In this document: positions 36,691 to 46,483 of the stretch, piece by piece | How the letters are laid out: each line of letters opens with the position of its first letter | Numbering within the stretch: position 1 is the first letter of the stretch | NCBI GenBank assembly: GCA_038885755.1 | Contig: JAVZZH010000002.1 | Location: forward strand, 64,001 to 128,000 | Source: Candidatus Caldarchaeum sp. | GTDB lineage: Archaea; Thermoproteota; Nitrososphaeria_A; Caldarchaeales; Caldarchaeaceae | Length of the DNA: 64,000 nucleotides | Direction: 5' to 3' | Program-made: the position numbers and the translations under genes | Notes under the pieces: model-generated | Seen by the model: the letters and a program-made list of their open reading frames with translations, nothing else | What the model was told of the DNA's origin: nothing | Database searches by the model: none

Positions 36691-38652
36691 GTGGCGACCG
36701 TCTTCCACAACCTAGTCAGCGTCGAAGAAGCTTTGGAGATGATAGATGCCGCGCTAGGCGGGGTCAGGCCTCTTGGTGTAGAGAGGGTGAAAGTGAGCGA
36801 GGCTTTAGGCCGAACGCTTGCCGAAGACGTTGTTGCCGCGGCTGCTGCACCGCCTTTCGACAGGTCTACCGTAGACGGCTACGCTGTAGTAGCTTCAGAC
36901 ACATACGCAGCAACCGAGGAGAAGCCTATCACGCTGGAGGTTGTTGGGAAAGCCGAGGTCGGCCGCGTATACGAAGGCTTTTTAGAGAAAGGAAAATGCG
37001 CCGAGATATCGACTGGCGCAGCCATACCGCGGGGAGCCAACGCTGTGGTGATGGTCGAGTTCACCAAGAAGACCTCAGAAAACACCGTGCAAGTCTTCAA
37101 GCCAGTCTCTCCGAACGAGAATATAGCTCAAGCCGGGTCAGACATCTCCGTCGGCGACATAATCCTCAGAAAAGGCAGCCTGATAACTCCCCGGGAGATA
37201 GCTGTGTTAACTTCTGTGGGGCTTGAGGAAGTTCCTGTCTACAGAAAGGCTAGGGTCGCGGTCTTCTCCACCGGAAACGAGGTCGTTGAGGTCGGCAAAC
37301 CTCTTGACCTAGGAAAAATCTACGACGTCAACGGCCCAACGTTGACCGCCATGCTCGCCGAGGCCGGAGCCGATGCAGATTTTCTCGGAATAATCCCCGA
37401 CGACCACGACTTGATGCTGAAGCGTATAAGCCAAGCTCTCGAGGCCGGCTACGACATGATCGTCACTTCAGGAAGTACTTCAGCAGGCTTCGGAGACATG
37501 ATATACAAAGTTTTCAGAGAGTTGAGCGGCGGCAAAGTCCTCGCTCACGGGCTGAAGGTCAGACCCGGCAAACCAACCGCCGTCGCCGTGGCTGGAGGAA
37601 AGCTGCTGATAGGGCTGCCGGGATTCCCTCTGTCGGCGATGATGGTTTTCATGAAGCTCGTCAAACCAGTCATCCAGCGCATGTGCGGTACAAACACCTC
37701 GGCGTCGAAAACAGTGAGGGCCAAAATCCCATTCAAGGTAGACGCTGGAAAAGGCAAGCTGGAGATGTTGCCCGTCCAGATAGTGTCGACAGGAAGCGAG
37801 AACGTTGCATATCCCTTGCTCGGGCATTCAGGGTCTACGTATGTTTTATCGGTCGCCGACGGCGTGGTAGAGGTGGCTGAGAACAAGGAGTTTCTCGACG
37901 AAGGTGAGGAAGTTGAAGTCAGCCTTCTCTCAGACAGGATAAAACCCGCCGAGCTCTTCATAATCGGAAGCCACTGCCCTGGAATCGACATACTTTTAGA
38001 GGAGGCTGGTTTACTTGAGACAAAAGTTGTGAACGTTGGCTCGGTTGCTGGATGGTATGCGGTTAAGCGTGGAGAAGCCGACTTGGCTGGAACGCATTTG
38101 CTGGATGAAAGGACGGGCGAATACAACCGTCACATGCTGGAAAGGCTTAGCCTGAAAGACAAGGCTGTTCTTGTCAGAGGGTACGCGAGGAGGATTGGCT
38201 TCGCGACAAAGAAAGGAAACCCGCTCAGAATCAAGTCCTTCGAAGACCTTCTGAGAAAAGACATAATGTTTGTCAACAGGGTTAGAGGCTCTGGGATAAG
38301 AGCTCTCCTCGACATAAGGTTCGCCGAGCTCGGCGTGCAAGAACCTTTAAAACAGGTCAAGGGATACGACTACGAGGTTAGAACGCATACAGGTGTTGCG
38401 GCAGCAGTAGCTCAGGGAAGAGCCGACGTGGGAATAACGCTCGAAGCCGTAGCCAAACACTATGGATTAGACTTCATCCCAATAGGTGATGAAATGTTTG
38501 ATTTTGCTGTCTCCAAACAGAGGATGGACAAGAAACAGGTTAAAAAATTTATAGAAACACTGTCCTCAAAAAAGTTCGGCGAAAAGCTGCAGAAAACACT
38601 GCCGGGATACCGTGTAGTAAATGAGACGGGAAAAGTCCTCGAAATCAAATGA
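36691..38652 (+). CDS. moeA: MoeA fused to a C-terminal PBP (molybdate/tungstate-binding) domain
   Basis: MoeA motifs plus IIGSHCPG, GEADLAGTHLLD, FVNR..GSG.R, TH..VAAAV. Confidence 0.95.
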   Translation: MATVFHNLVSVEEALEMIDAALGGVRPLGVERVKVSEALGRTLAEDVVAAAAAPPFDRSTVDGYAVVASDTYAATEEKPITLEVVGKAEVGRVYEGFLEKGKCAEISTGAAIPRGANAVVMVEFTKKTSENTVQVFKPVSPNENIAQAGSDISVGDIILRKGSLITPREIAVLTSVGLEEVPVYRKARVAVFSTGNEVVEVGKPLDLGKIYDVNGPTLTAMLAEAGADADFLGIIPDDHDLMLKRISQALEAGYDMIVTSGSTSAGFGDMIYKVFRELSGGKVLAHGLKVRPGKPTAVAVAGGKLLIGLPGFPLSAMMVFMKLVKPVIQRMCGTNTSASKTVRAKIPFKVDAGKGKLEMLPVQIVSTGSENVAYPLLGHSGSTYVLSVADGVVEVAENKEFLDEGEEVEVSLLSDRIKPAELFIIGSHCPGIDILLEEAGLLETKVVNVGSVAGWYAVKRGEADLAGTHLLDERTGEYNRHMLERLSLKDKAVLVRGYARRIGFATKKGNPLRIKSFEDLLRKDIMFVNRVRGSGIRALLDIRFAELGVQEPLKQVKGYDYEVRTHTGVAAAVAQGRADVGITLEAVAKHYGLDFIPIGDEMFDFAVSKQRMDKKQVKKFIETLSSKKFGEKLQKTLPGYRVVNETGKVLEIK

Positions 38653-38828
38653 AAAACATACAGGCATTTTCCTCTGCCACCGATCCATCGTAAAAGCTAA
38701 ATCAACTATGAACGTCTCAGCCGCGATGCATCATGTTACCTAATTGCGGCAACACACTTTAACATGTCGCCAAACTTTAGGTAAAGCATAAGATATTAGG
38801 AGGGTGTTTTGAAACAGTTGGTAGGCCG

Positions 38829-39620
38829 TTGCATGGATTAAAGCCTGACATAATCAGCCCGGAAAGACTGTTGGACAACCTTGATGATTACATCCTGATC
38901 GATGTGAGAAGGTTTATCGAATACAAGACAGGGCATATCCCGAACGCGCTCCCCTGCTCCTTCACACATTTCATAAAGATATGGGGTGTGTCTCTCCTAC
39001 CAGCTGACAGCGAAGAACTTGTCCGAAACCTTTCCAGGCTGGGTGTCGACATGGACAGGACGATAGTTGTTTATGACAATTTCTACGGAAGGCATGCGGC
39101 TCGAGCTGTCTACACGCTCGAGCTTCTCGGCTTCAGCAAGCTTGCGCTGCTCGACAGAACTTTCGAAGAATACGTGGCTGGTGGATACCCTGTGACAGAC
39201 GAGAAGCCGGTCTACAAGCCGTCGGAGCTTCCGAGACTCCAATACGATGAAAGCCGTCTCCTGACAAGAGAGAAGATCGCAAGCCTCATCCAAGAGTGGG
39301 ATGGCTCGGCTGCGATAGTGGATTCCCGGGACGCAGCCGACTACGGGTTTGGCCACATACCTCACGCGATAAACATTCCATGGCACAACATCTACGCTTC
39401 CAAGGGATTGTTTAACATCGAGGCTGTCAGAAAAGCTGTGGAAGCCAACGGCCTCTCAGGGTTTAAAACCGTCATCTGCTACTGCGAGGAGGGGACGAGC
39501 TCTTCTCTCGCGATGTACGCTTTCAGGCACGCGGGCCTGCTCAGTACGCATACATACCTAGCCTCATACCCCGACTGGGTCGGCACACTCCAAACCCCGG
39601 TCGAGAAACAAACCCGGTAA
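38829..39620 (+). CDS. Two-domain rhodanese/thiosulfate sulfurtransferase
   Basis: IDVR..EY..GHIPNA, VDSR..GHIPHA, active-site ICYCEEG. Confidence 0.85.
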   Translation: MHGLKPDIISPERLLDNLDDYILIDVRRFIEYKTGHIPNALPCSFTHFIKIWGVSLLPADSEELVRNLSRLGVDMDRTIVVYDNFYGRHAARAVYTLELLGFSKLALLDRTFEEYVAGGYPVTDEKPVYKPSELPRLQYDESRLLTREKIASLIQEWDGSAAIVDSRDAADYGFGHIPHAINIPWHNIYASKGLFNIEAVRKAVEANGLSGFKTVICYCEEGTSSSLAMYAFRHAGLLSTHTYLASYPDWVGTLQTPVEKQTR

Positions 39621-39633
39621 ACGCCTTCAGCCA

Positions 39634-39668
39634 GCGAAGATGGATAGGATGACCGAATAATCTCTATA
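39634..39668 (+). repeat. Dispersed repeat, copy 3 (right border of the accessory block)
   Basis: 39634-39661 is identical to 10518-10545; 39643-39668 is identical to 3319-3344. Confidence 0.9.
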
Positions 39669-39767
39669 CACCGGCGCATCCCTCATGTAAATCATCCATC
39701 TCCATAAACATCAAAAAAGCCTTTAACATTGAATAGCTTTAAATTGGTTCAGCGCCATCCCTATTAC

Positions 39768-40616
39768 ATGAAAGTCTTCAGTCTTCTAACGATGGTTCTT
39801 CTGACAACGGGGTTGATTGTTGCTTCTTCAGGGGTTGAAGCAGGCGCTGGGTCGTTCTTCAGCTACACCTACGCACTGTCCTTAGAGTCGGGCAGGAGTG
39901 TGTCGGGGTCGATTTCCTCAACTGTTGTTGAAGTTTTGGGCGATGGACGTATCAGGCTTAGGCTTGAATCTTCCTTCAACGACGGGCTGGCGACGCTGGA
40001 GAAGAACATGCCCGGCGAAGCGTTCAAGCCTTTCATCCTCGACCTTGGAGGAATGGAAGGCAGGTACAGCCTACGCAGAGAAAACTTCAGCATGACAGTC
40101 TCGGTGGTTAACGCCGGCGAGGGAAGCGTAGTGGTTGGAGGAAGAACCTACGGAACCGAGAAATACATTGTTTCAGCGCTCGTCGAAAGGCTTGGCAGAA
40201 CCGTCTCGGTCGAAGCTGAAGCCGAGGTCGTCAAAGGCTCGGCGGTTGTCTACAGGCTTACAGCCAGCTTCTCAGAGGACGGTCGACGCAGCGGCGCGTT
40301 CACGCTACAGCTCACAGACACAAACACCGACCTAACAGCCTTCACGCATCACGGAAGCAGCGCTGCACAACTCTCCCAACTAGCATCCCTAGCCCTCTCC
40401 TCAGGAGCGCTGGACCGAGCAGACATACCCACAGCACTCCTCCAACAACCACTCAACACAAGCCCTACTCAAAGCACAGCCAACGAAGGCGGGACCGAGA
40501 GAATAGCTCTGTTCGGTCTGGCGGGAGTATCGGCTCTAGCTGCAACGGGCCTGCTGGGTTTCAGAGCTCGAAAAACACCGTCCACAACGTATGAAAGAAA
40601 GCCCCACTATGTTTGA
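39768..40616 (+). CDS. Secreted beta-rich protein with a C-terminal membrane anchor
   Basis: Signal peptide MKVFSLLTMVLL.., C-terminal TM helix plus basic tail; overlaps the ABC ATPase gene. Confidence 0.7.
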   Translation: MKVFSLLTMVLLTTGLIVASSGVEAGAGSFFSYTYALSLESGRSVSGSISSTVVEVLGDGRIRLRLESSFNDGLATLEKNMPGEAFKPFILDLGGMEGRYSLRRENFSMTVSVVNAGEGSVVVGGRTYGTEKYIVSALVERLGRTVSVEAEAEVVKGSAVVYRLTASFSEDGRRSGAFTLQLTDTNTDLTAFTHHGSSAAQLSQLASLALSSGALDRADIPTALLQQPLNTSPTQSTANEGGTERIALFGLAGVSALAATGLLGFRARKTPSTTYERKPHYV

Positions 40617-41563
40617 GGAGAACATGGTTGGACACGGTTGTGTCGGTCGAGGCGTTGGTCAAGGTCTACGGCGACAAAGGCAGGGTCGGGCCCATCTCGC
40701 TGAGCATGCAGAAGGGTGAGGTCTACGGCCTCGTTGGACCCAACGGCTCAGGCAAGACAACCACTCTGAGAGCCATCCTCGGCCTCCTGAAGCCGACGAC
40801 CGGCAAAGTATCTGTCTTCGGCTTAGACCCATTCAACGAGCCCGAGAAAGTCAACCAGCTAGTCGGATACTCGGCCGAGATACCTGTCTTCCCGCCCTTC
40901 TTCACAGCCCGAAAACTCCTTGAACTAACCTGCCGTATCAAGGGGACCTCGCCCGTCAAAGACGAAGTCAACAGAATACTCGACTTGACCGGGCTTGTAA
41001 ACCACGCCGACAGAAAAATAGGAAACTTCTCGAAAGGAATGGTGCAGCGTCTCTCAATAGGCCAGGCCCTCGTCGGAGACCCTGATCTCCTGATCTTGGA
41101 TGAGCCGATGCTGGGAGTAGACCCCGTGGGTAGAGCCCACATAAGAGAAGTTCTGCAGCATCTCCGACGTCGGGGAAAGACTATTCTTTTCTCGTCGCAC
41201 GAGCTGTACGAGGTTGAGAGGCTTGCGGACAGAGTCGGCATGGTCTACCTAGGCAAAACCGTGATGGAGGGGTCTCTAGACCAGCTCCTGTCCCGCAACG
41301 GCTTCCGCCGAGCCGTCCACGTCGTAGCTAAAAAGCAGGCCGACATGAAGCTGGTCTCGGCAATCAGAAGGATTGAGGGCGTTAAAGAAGTCCAAGCCGA
41401 TGGAACGGTCTTAACGATTGAGCTGGACGGGGTGAACGACCCGAGGGACAGGATAGCGGAGACGGTGGTGGGTTCAGGATACGGCCTCGTCGAGATGAAG
41501 ACTTCAGGGTCTTCGCTCGAGCAGGTGTTCATCGAGATGGTGAGAAATGACACGGCTAGCTAG
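40613..41563 (+). CDS. ABC-2-type transporter ATP-binding protein
   Basis: GPNGSGKTT, FSKGMVQR, ILDEP, SSH. Confidence 0.9.
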   Translation: MRRTWLDTVVSVEALVKVYGDKGRVGPISLSMQKGEVYGLVGPNGSGKTTTLRAILGLLKPTTGKVSVFGLDPFNEPEKVNQLVGYSAEIPVFPPFFTARKLLELTCRIKGTSPVKDEVNRILDLTGLVNHADRKIGNFSKGMVQRLSIGQALVGDPDLLILDEPMLGVDPVGRAHIREVLQHLRRRGKTILFSSHELYEVERLADRVGMVYLGKTVMEGSLDQLLSRNGFRRAVHVVAKKQADMKLVSAIRRIEGVKEVQADGTVLTIELDGVNDPRDRIAETVVGSGYGLVEMKTSGSSLEQVFIEMVRNDTAS

Positions 41564-42392
41564 CAAGCTCAAGCTACTCGTGGAATACGAGCTTAGGAGA
41601 AGCCTAGCACGCAAAAGAATAATCATGCTTGTCGCAGCTACTTTCCTTCTGCAGGTCGGCGTCTACCTCGTCTTCACAAGACTACCTCCCAGCCTAGTCT
41701 CCCCGATCACCCCATACACATGGATGATAGGAGTCCTAGCTCCCTCAACCGCGCTCATACACATCCTCGCACTAACAATAGGAGCATCGACGTCGGCGGA
41801 GGAGTACGAGTTAGGGACAGCCGACTACTGGTTCACACGACCCCTCGCAAGACACGAGTACTTCCTCGGAAAAATACTCGGCGGCTTCGTGCTAATCAGC
41901 CTCCTCATCACCACTTACAGCCTACTCGCCCTCGCCCTCTCATCGTACGTCTTCGGCCCCCAGAGCCGGCTAGACGTGTTTACCCTAGCCGTGGCCGCCT
42001 CCGTAGCTTCCTCCCTCCCTTTCTACTCGATGGGGCTTGCCGTCGGAGAGATTGTAAGGCGCAGCATGGTCTCCACAATCATCGCAGGAACTGTTTTCTT
42101 CGCATCCTTCCTCACAGAAAGCTACGCCAACGTCGCCGCAGTCCTAGGAGGAGACAGAAGCCTGCTAGAAGCCGTGAAGCTTCTGCCGACGTGGGGATCG
42201 GTCGGGCTGACGTCAGCCATCGTCCTCGATAACCTCAGCCTACCAACTGCGGCCCTCCTCAGCCTCTTCAACCGCATAAACCAGCAGGACATACCAACAG
42301 CACTCCTAAACCTCTTCGTCTACACAGCTGCAGCAACAACCCTGGCGTGGCTAAAATTCAGGTACAGCGATGTCTCGAGAAGGGCGCTGTAA
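41547..42392 (+). CDS. ABC-2-type permease
   Basis: Six TM helices; EEYELGT....TRP..R....GK motif. Confidence 0.85.
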   Translation: MTRLASKLKLLVEYELRRSLARKRIIMLVAATFLLQVGVYLVFTRLPPSLVSPITPYTWMIGVLAPSTALIHILALTIGASTSAEEYELGTADYWFTRPLARHEYFLGKILGGFVLISLLITTYSLLALALSSYVFGPQSRLDVFTLAVAASVASSLPFYSMGLAVGEIVRRSMVSTIIAGTVFFASFLTESYANVAAVLGGDRSLLEAVKLLPTWGSVGLTSAIVLDNLSLPTAALLSLFNRINQQDIPTALLNLFVYTAAATTLAWLKFRYSDVSRRAL

Positions 42393-42418
42393 AAATCCAC
42401 GGAGACCACGTAAAGACC

Positions 42419-42493
42419 TAGCGGGGGGTGGACTCGAACCACCGATCTCCGGGTTATGAGCCCGGCGGGTTAACCTGGCTACCCTACCCCGCT
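42419..42493 (-). tRNA. Initiator tRNA-Met (CAU)
   Basis: AGCGGGG..CCGGG-CTCATAA-CCCGG..TTCGAGT..CCCCGCTA; A1:U72 pair and three G:C pairs in the anticodon stem. Confidence 0.95.
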
Positions 42494-43030
42494 GCCGCTC
42501 CACTCAGTTTCTAGCTATTGGCCTTAATTATACCTTTGCGTTGCAAATCCGGCACACCAACCCATCAACCATCCCGCCCAAACTTCAGGCAAACCCTATC
42601 TCGCAGCCTCCCCATCAAAACAGCAGCTTCGCCGACTGGTTCATGGAAAACAGCCCCCTCCCATACTTTGACAACACCGCCTCAGCCCAACAACCTCGCA
42701 CAAAGCAGGTCCCCGGAGAAAAAGCCTATTTCCAATACCTCGCCGTTCCTCGGCACCAGCCCATCCCAGCAGCAGCATCGGGAAAACCAAGCTCTCCAAC
42801 CATGACCTTAACATGTACAGCCGCATGATTCTCGACGCCGGGAGCTGAACCTAGCTCCGCAAACCCGGCTGAAACCCGCTTACCCAACCTGAGAGCCAAG
42901 AACGCCCGTCGGAGGGTAGAATCCTCGGAGAAAGGCTGACGACCGTGGAGGCAGGTGTGAGATCTTTATAAAAGTTGGTTCGGCGTGTGTTTTTAAGCAT
43001 GTTTAACAGCGTATTCGGCGGTGTCGTGTC

Positions 43031-43951
43031 ATGGCTTTGTTCTTCGGCGCTGTGCTTCCCCGCTACGACGTCGAGTTCAGGAAAGTAGTTGACTTGGCGG
43101 TTGAGTTCGAGGATCTGGGTTTTTCATCCCTCTGGATGACTGACCATCTGCAGCCCCGCAGGGCGTCTACTGTGTTTGAGACGTGGACTTTGCTTTCGGC
43201 GCTAGCTCCGTTGACCGACGTTAGGCTCGGGACCGTGGTTCTGTGCTCTTGCTATCGCCATCCCTCGGTTCTCGCTAAGATGGCGGCTACGCTTGATGTT
43301 GTAAGCGGTGGAAGGCTTGAGCTTGGACTGGGTACTGGCTCGGAGTCGCAGGGGGAGGAGCTTGAGGCGCTCGGCATGGAGATGTGGCGTGGCTTGGATA
43401 GATTTGAAAGGTTCAGGGAGTATGTCGAGGTAGTGCGTCTCTTGATGAAGGACGGCGGGTCGGTAGATTACAGCGGCAAGTTTTACAGGCTTTCAAAAGC
43501 AGCGTGCAACACTCCGTGCATACAGAAGCCTGCTCCACCCATATGGGTTGGCGGTAGAAGGAGTAGAATGGTGTCGATGGCTGCTGAGGCCGGTGATGGT
43601 TGGAACTTTTACGGCGAGACGCTGGAGGAGTATGAGAGAATGGTGAAGTTGTTTGACGATAAATGTAGGCAGCTCGGCCGGAGGGTTGTCAAGTCTGTTT
43701 TCACGAACGTCGTGATTTATTCGTCCGACTCTGAGAAGAGTGAGAGGATGGGTAGGCTGGGGGTTTTCAGCACGGATGAGGAGGCGCTGAGAAGGACGTT
43801 CACGCTTCTTCACGGCAAGCCAGACGAGGTTGTCGAACAGCTGGAGCGGCTGCAGAGCCTTGGCGTTGGGCTTGTGATAGTTAGGGACATGCACGTCGAG
43901 GCGTCAAGCATCCGGGTCTTCGCAAAGGAAGTGATGCCTTCTTTCACCTGA
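43031..43951 (+). CDS. LLM-class (luciferase-like) flavin/F420-dependent oxidoreductase
   Basis: LWMTDH, RHPSVLAKMAATLDVVSGGRLELGLG, PPIWVGG. Confidence 0.9.
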   Translation: MALFFGAVLPRYDVEFRKVVDLAVEFEDLGFSSLWMTDHLQPRRASTVFETWTLLSALAPLTDVRLGTVVLCSCYRHPSVLAKMAATLDVVSGGRLELGLGTGSESQGEELEALGMEMWRGLDRFERFREYVEVVRLLMKDGGSVDYSGKFYRLSKAACNTPCIQKPAPPIWVGGRRSRMVSMAAEAGDGWNFYGETLEEYERMVKLFDDKCRQLGRRVVKSVFTNVVIYSSDSEKSERMGRLGVFSTDEEALRRTFTLLHGKPDEVVEQLERLQSLGVGLVIVRDMHVEASSIRVFAKEVMPSFT

Positions 43952-43989
43952 CTTCACGCAGGCCCAGAGTGTTGATGGTGTTCCCGGTA

Positions 43990-44130
43990 GAATGTTGTCT
44001 TCGAGGCTTATCCCGAGTCTTCCAAGCAGGTAGATTCCAAGCTCCACGGTGAATGTCATGCCCGGTTTCAAAGCTGTCTGGTTTCCCTCCCTGACGTATG
44101 GTTCTTCATGGACCTCGACGCCGAGGACGT
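43990..44130 (-). pseudogene. Fragment of an Xaa-Pro (M24) peptidase
   Basis: GVEVHEEPY..LKPGMTFTVELGIY..G..GISLED, an isolated C-terminal piece. Confidence 0.75.
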
Positions 44131-44288
44131 CGATAAAAGAGCTGAACCTCAGCTGAACAGACTGGGTCATAGTCGCGAACCACGTGTCAGCTTTGGGCGA
44201 CTACAGGGCTGCATCCGCCATGCTGAGGAACGCTCTCGGAATCCCGAATTAGTCGTAGCGCTTGGTTTGCGCGGGAGTTCAAATATTA

Positions 44289-44729
44289 ATGCAGGCGATT
44301 CCGACTAGTGGTGTGAAGGCCTACACGGAGACTATCAGCCTAAACACTAGGTCTAGGGTTGAGTTGAACGACGTGACAAGCTTGGTTGAGAGGGTTGTCG
44401 CTGCTTCGGGTGTTAAGAACGGAGTCGTCAACGTATTCTCTCTTCACACGACGCTGGGTCTTTATCTCAACGAAAACGAGCCGAACCTGAAGCAGGATGT
44501 TCTCGAGTTTCTGGAAAGGCTCGCTCCCCAAACCTCAGGCTACCACCACGACACCATCGACCCCACCGCAAACACCTTCTCACACCTCCGCTCCCTGCTG
44601 CTCGCGCCCGTGATAACGCTCGCCGTCCAAAACGGAAAACCCGTACGCGGGACGTGGCAGTCGATCATAGCTGCTGAGTTTGACGGGCCGCGGTCGAGAA
44701 AACTCTTGGTCCAAGTGCTAGGCGAGTAG
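44289..44729 (+). CDS. yjbQ: YjbQ/UPF0047 family protein
   Basis: HTT.GL..NENEP, Y.HD..N..SHL, GTWQ....EFDGPR.R. Confidence 0.9.
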   Translation: MQAIPTSGVKAYTETISLNTRSRVELNDVTSLVERVVAASGVKNGVVNVFSLHTTLGLYLNENEPNLKQDVLEFLERLAPQTSGYHHDTIDPTANTFSHLRSLLLAPVITLAVQNGKPVRGTWQSIIAAEFDGPRSRKLLVQVLGE

Positions 44730-44734
44730 TCGCG

Positions 44735-45955
44735 CTATTCGACGTACTCCCTTCCGATGACTTCCCGGGCGACTATCAGGCGTAGAATGTTTTCCGCTCC
44801 CTCAGCCCCGACCACGTAGCTGAAGGCCGCCAGCCACGCCCTGTAGATTGGAGTCTCCTTGAAGTAAGCCGCTCCGCCGTGAATCTTCATCACCTCCTCG
44901 CCCAGGTCAACAGCGAGCGATGCACACTTCAGCTTGGCCATCGCCCCGACCCGGGCCACGTCAGCCAACGTCCCCTGACCATCACGGTAATACCTGTCAG
45001 CGGTCCAAGCAGCCTTGTAGCTCAGAAGCCTAGCGGCCTCGAGTTCAGTCGCAAAATCAGCGAGCTTGAAGCTCACTCCCTGGTAGGAGGCTATCGGCTT
45101 TCCGAAGACTTTTCGAGCCCTGACCCATTCTAAGGCTCTGTCCATCAGCCAGCGGGCGCATCCTACGCAGATGGCTCCGATCATGGTGCGGGCGAGGTTG
45201 AAGCCTTCCATGGCTATCTTGAACCCGCCGTTTACGGGGCCGACCCTGTAGACGTCGTCGACGACTGCGTTGTCGATGGTCAACACGGAGGTGTCAAGCC
45301 CTTTCCTCGCAAACTCCGTCCACGGCTTGTAGGAGATTCCCTCCAAACGCACACCGTTCCTCTTCATCAAGAGTATGAAGTCCGTGATCGTGCGGTGTCG
45401 CAGGCCGGGGTCTCCAGTCCTAGCTATGAGAAACCAGCCGCCGCCCCACGGCATGTTCTCAATTACTGACGGAAGGGAGACCATCGATTTTTCCCCACTT
45501 ATTCTCCAGCTCCTGTCGTCAACCTTATCCGCCCTAACCTTGACAGAGGAAACGTCGCTTCCCCCATGCGCCTCCGTGCTGGCAATACCTATCGCAGCCT
45601 CGCCTGCCGCGATGCGTCGGAGAAACTCGTGCTTAGCCTCGTCAGACCCGTAGAGCGCGACCATGTATCCCCATGAACACTGGAGAAGATACATCACGGC
45701 GAGTGAGAGGGCGGGGCCGTGGTAGGCCAGCTCCTCGCCCGCTATGGCTGCTTCGAGAAACGAGCCCTCCTGACCACCGTACTCGGATGGGATCGTCATT
45801 CCGAACAACCCCACCTCAGCCATCTTCTCGACAACATCCCTAGTTATTTCGCCTCTCTCATCTATCTCGAGCCAGCGGGGTTCGATTACTCTTCTGCAGA
45901 ACTCGGAGATCTTGTCGCGGAGAAGAGACTGCTCAGCGTTTAGGCGGAAATCCAT
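44735..45955 (-). CDS. Acyl-CoA dehydrogenase
   Basis: IPSEYGG, TEAHGGSD, G.K, R.VFGKPIASYQG, IHGG, AEGAENI. Confidence 0.9.
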   Translation of the reverse strand: MDFRLNAEQSLLRDKISEFCRRVIEPRWLEIDERGEITRDVVEKMAEVGLFGMTIPSEYGGQEGSFLEAAIAGEELAYHGPALSLAVMYLLQCSWGYMVALYGSDEAKHEFLRRIAAGEAAIGIASTEAHGGSDVSSVKVRADKVDDRSWRISGEKSMVSLPSVIENMPWGGGWFLIARTGDPGLRHRTITDFILLMKRNGVRLEGISYKPWTEFARKGLDTSVLTIDNAVVDDVYRVGPVNGGFKIAMEGFNLARTMIGAICVGCARWLMDRALEWVRARKVFGKPIASYQGVSFKLADFATELEAARLLSYKAAWTADRYYRDGQGTLADVARVGAMAKLKCASLAVDLGEEVMKIHGGAAYFKETPIYRAWLAAFSYVVGAEGAENILRLIVAREVIGREYVE

Positions 45956-45991
45956 GCGCAGAGGTGAGAAGAGCTGGTATATGTGTCTAAC

Positions 45992-46276
45992 TTAGGGCTG
46001 CTCGACGACGACCTTCATGTAGCTTATTCTTCTAAGCCTTCCGTTCATCTCAAAGTCTTCGCTCCAGATACTTATGTCCTTGATGCGGAGGTCTCTCCTG
46101 AAAGAGTTCCGCAGAAGCTCGACGGTGTCCACGCAGAGGGGAATGTTCCGGCCTCTAGCCACCAGCTCTATCTCCTTACAGCCTCTGTTGAGCAGCGTGA
46201 TTGAAGCGGTCACGTAGCGGAACACGGGTTTTTTCCCGATGATCACCAGCCTTGTCCTCGGAGGGGCTGAGGCCAT
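45992..46276 (-). CDS. albA: Chromatin protein Alba
   Basis: IGKKP..RYV, ARGRNI...VDTVE. Confidence 0.9.
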   Translation of the reverse strand: MASAPPRTRLVIIGKKPVFRYVTASITLLNRGCKEIELVARGRNIPLCVDTVELLRNSFRRDLRIKDISIWSEDFEMNGRLRRISYMKVVVEQP

Positions 46277-46483
46277 TTATGGGTTAGGGAGTTTGAGAGG
46301 CTTATAAGGGTTGTAGACGCCCATCCGGGGGACAAAGGCTTCAATCGTGTCGCGGCGAAGTTGATTATAGCTCTCATCCATGTCCGTCTGTCAAAAAGGC
46401 TCTAGACCTGCTTCTATGCTGTGTATTTTTCGACGACCAACCCCAAGCCCGACTGGAACGCAACATAAAGGCCTAGGCCCTCG

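Noticed and set aside
3310-39668. Prophage, ICE or IS element
   Set aside because: No integrase, transposase, capsid or conjugation genes are recognisable
33591-42493. tRNA introns or split tRNAs
   Set aside because: Both tRNAs fold as uninterrupted 74-75 nt cloverleaves
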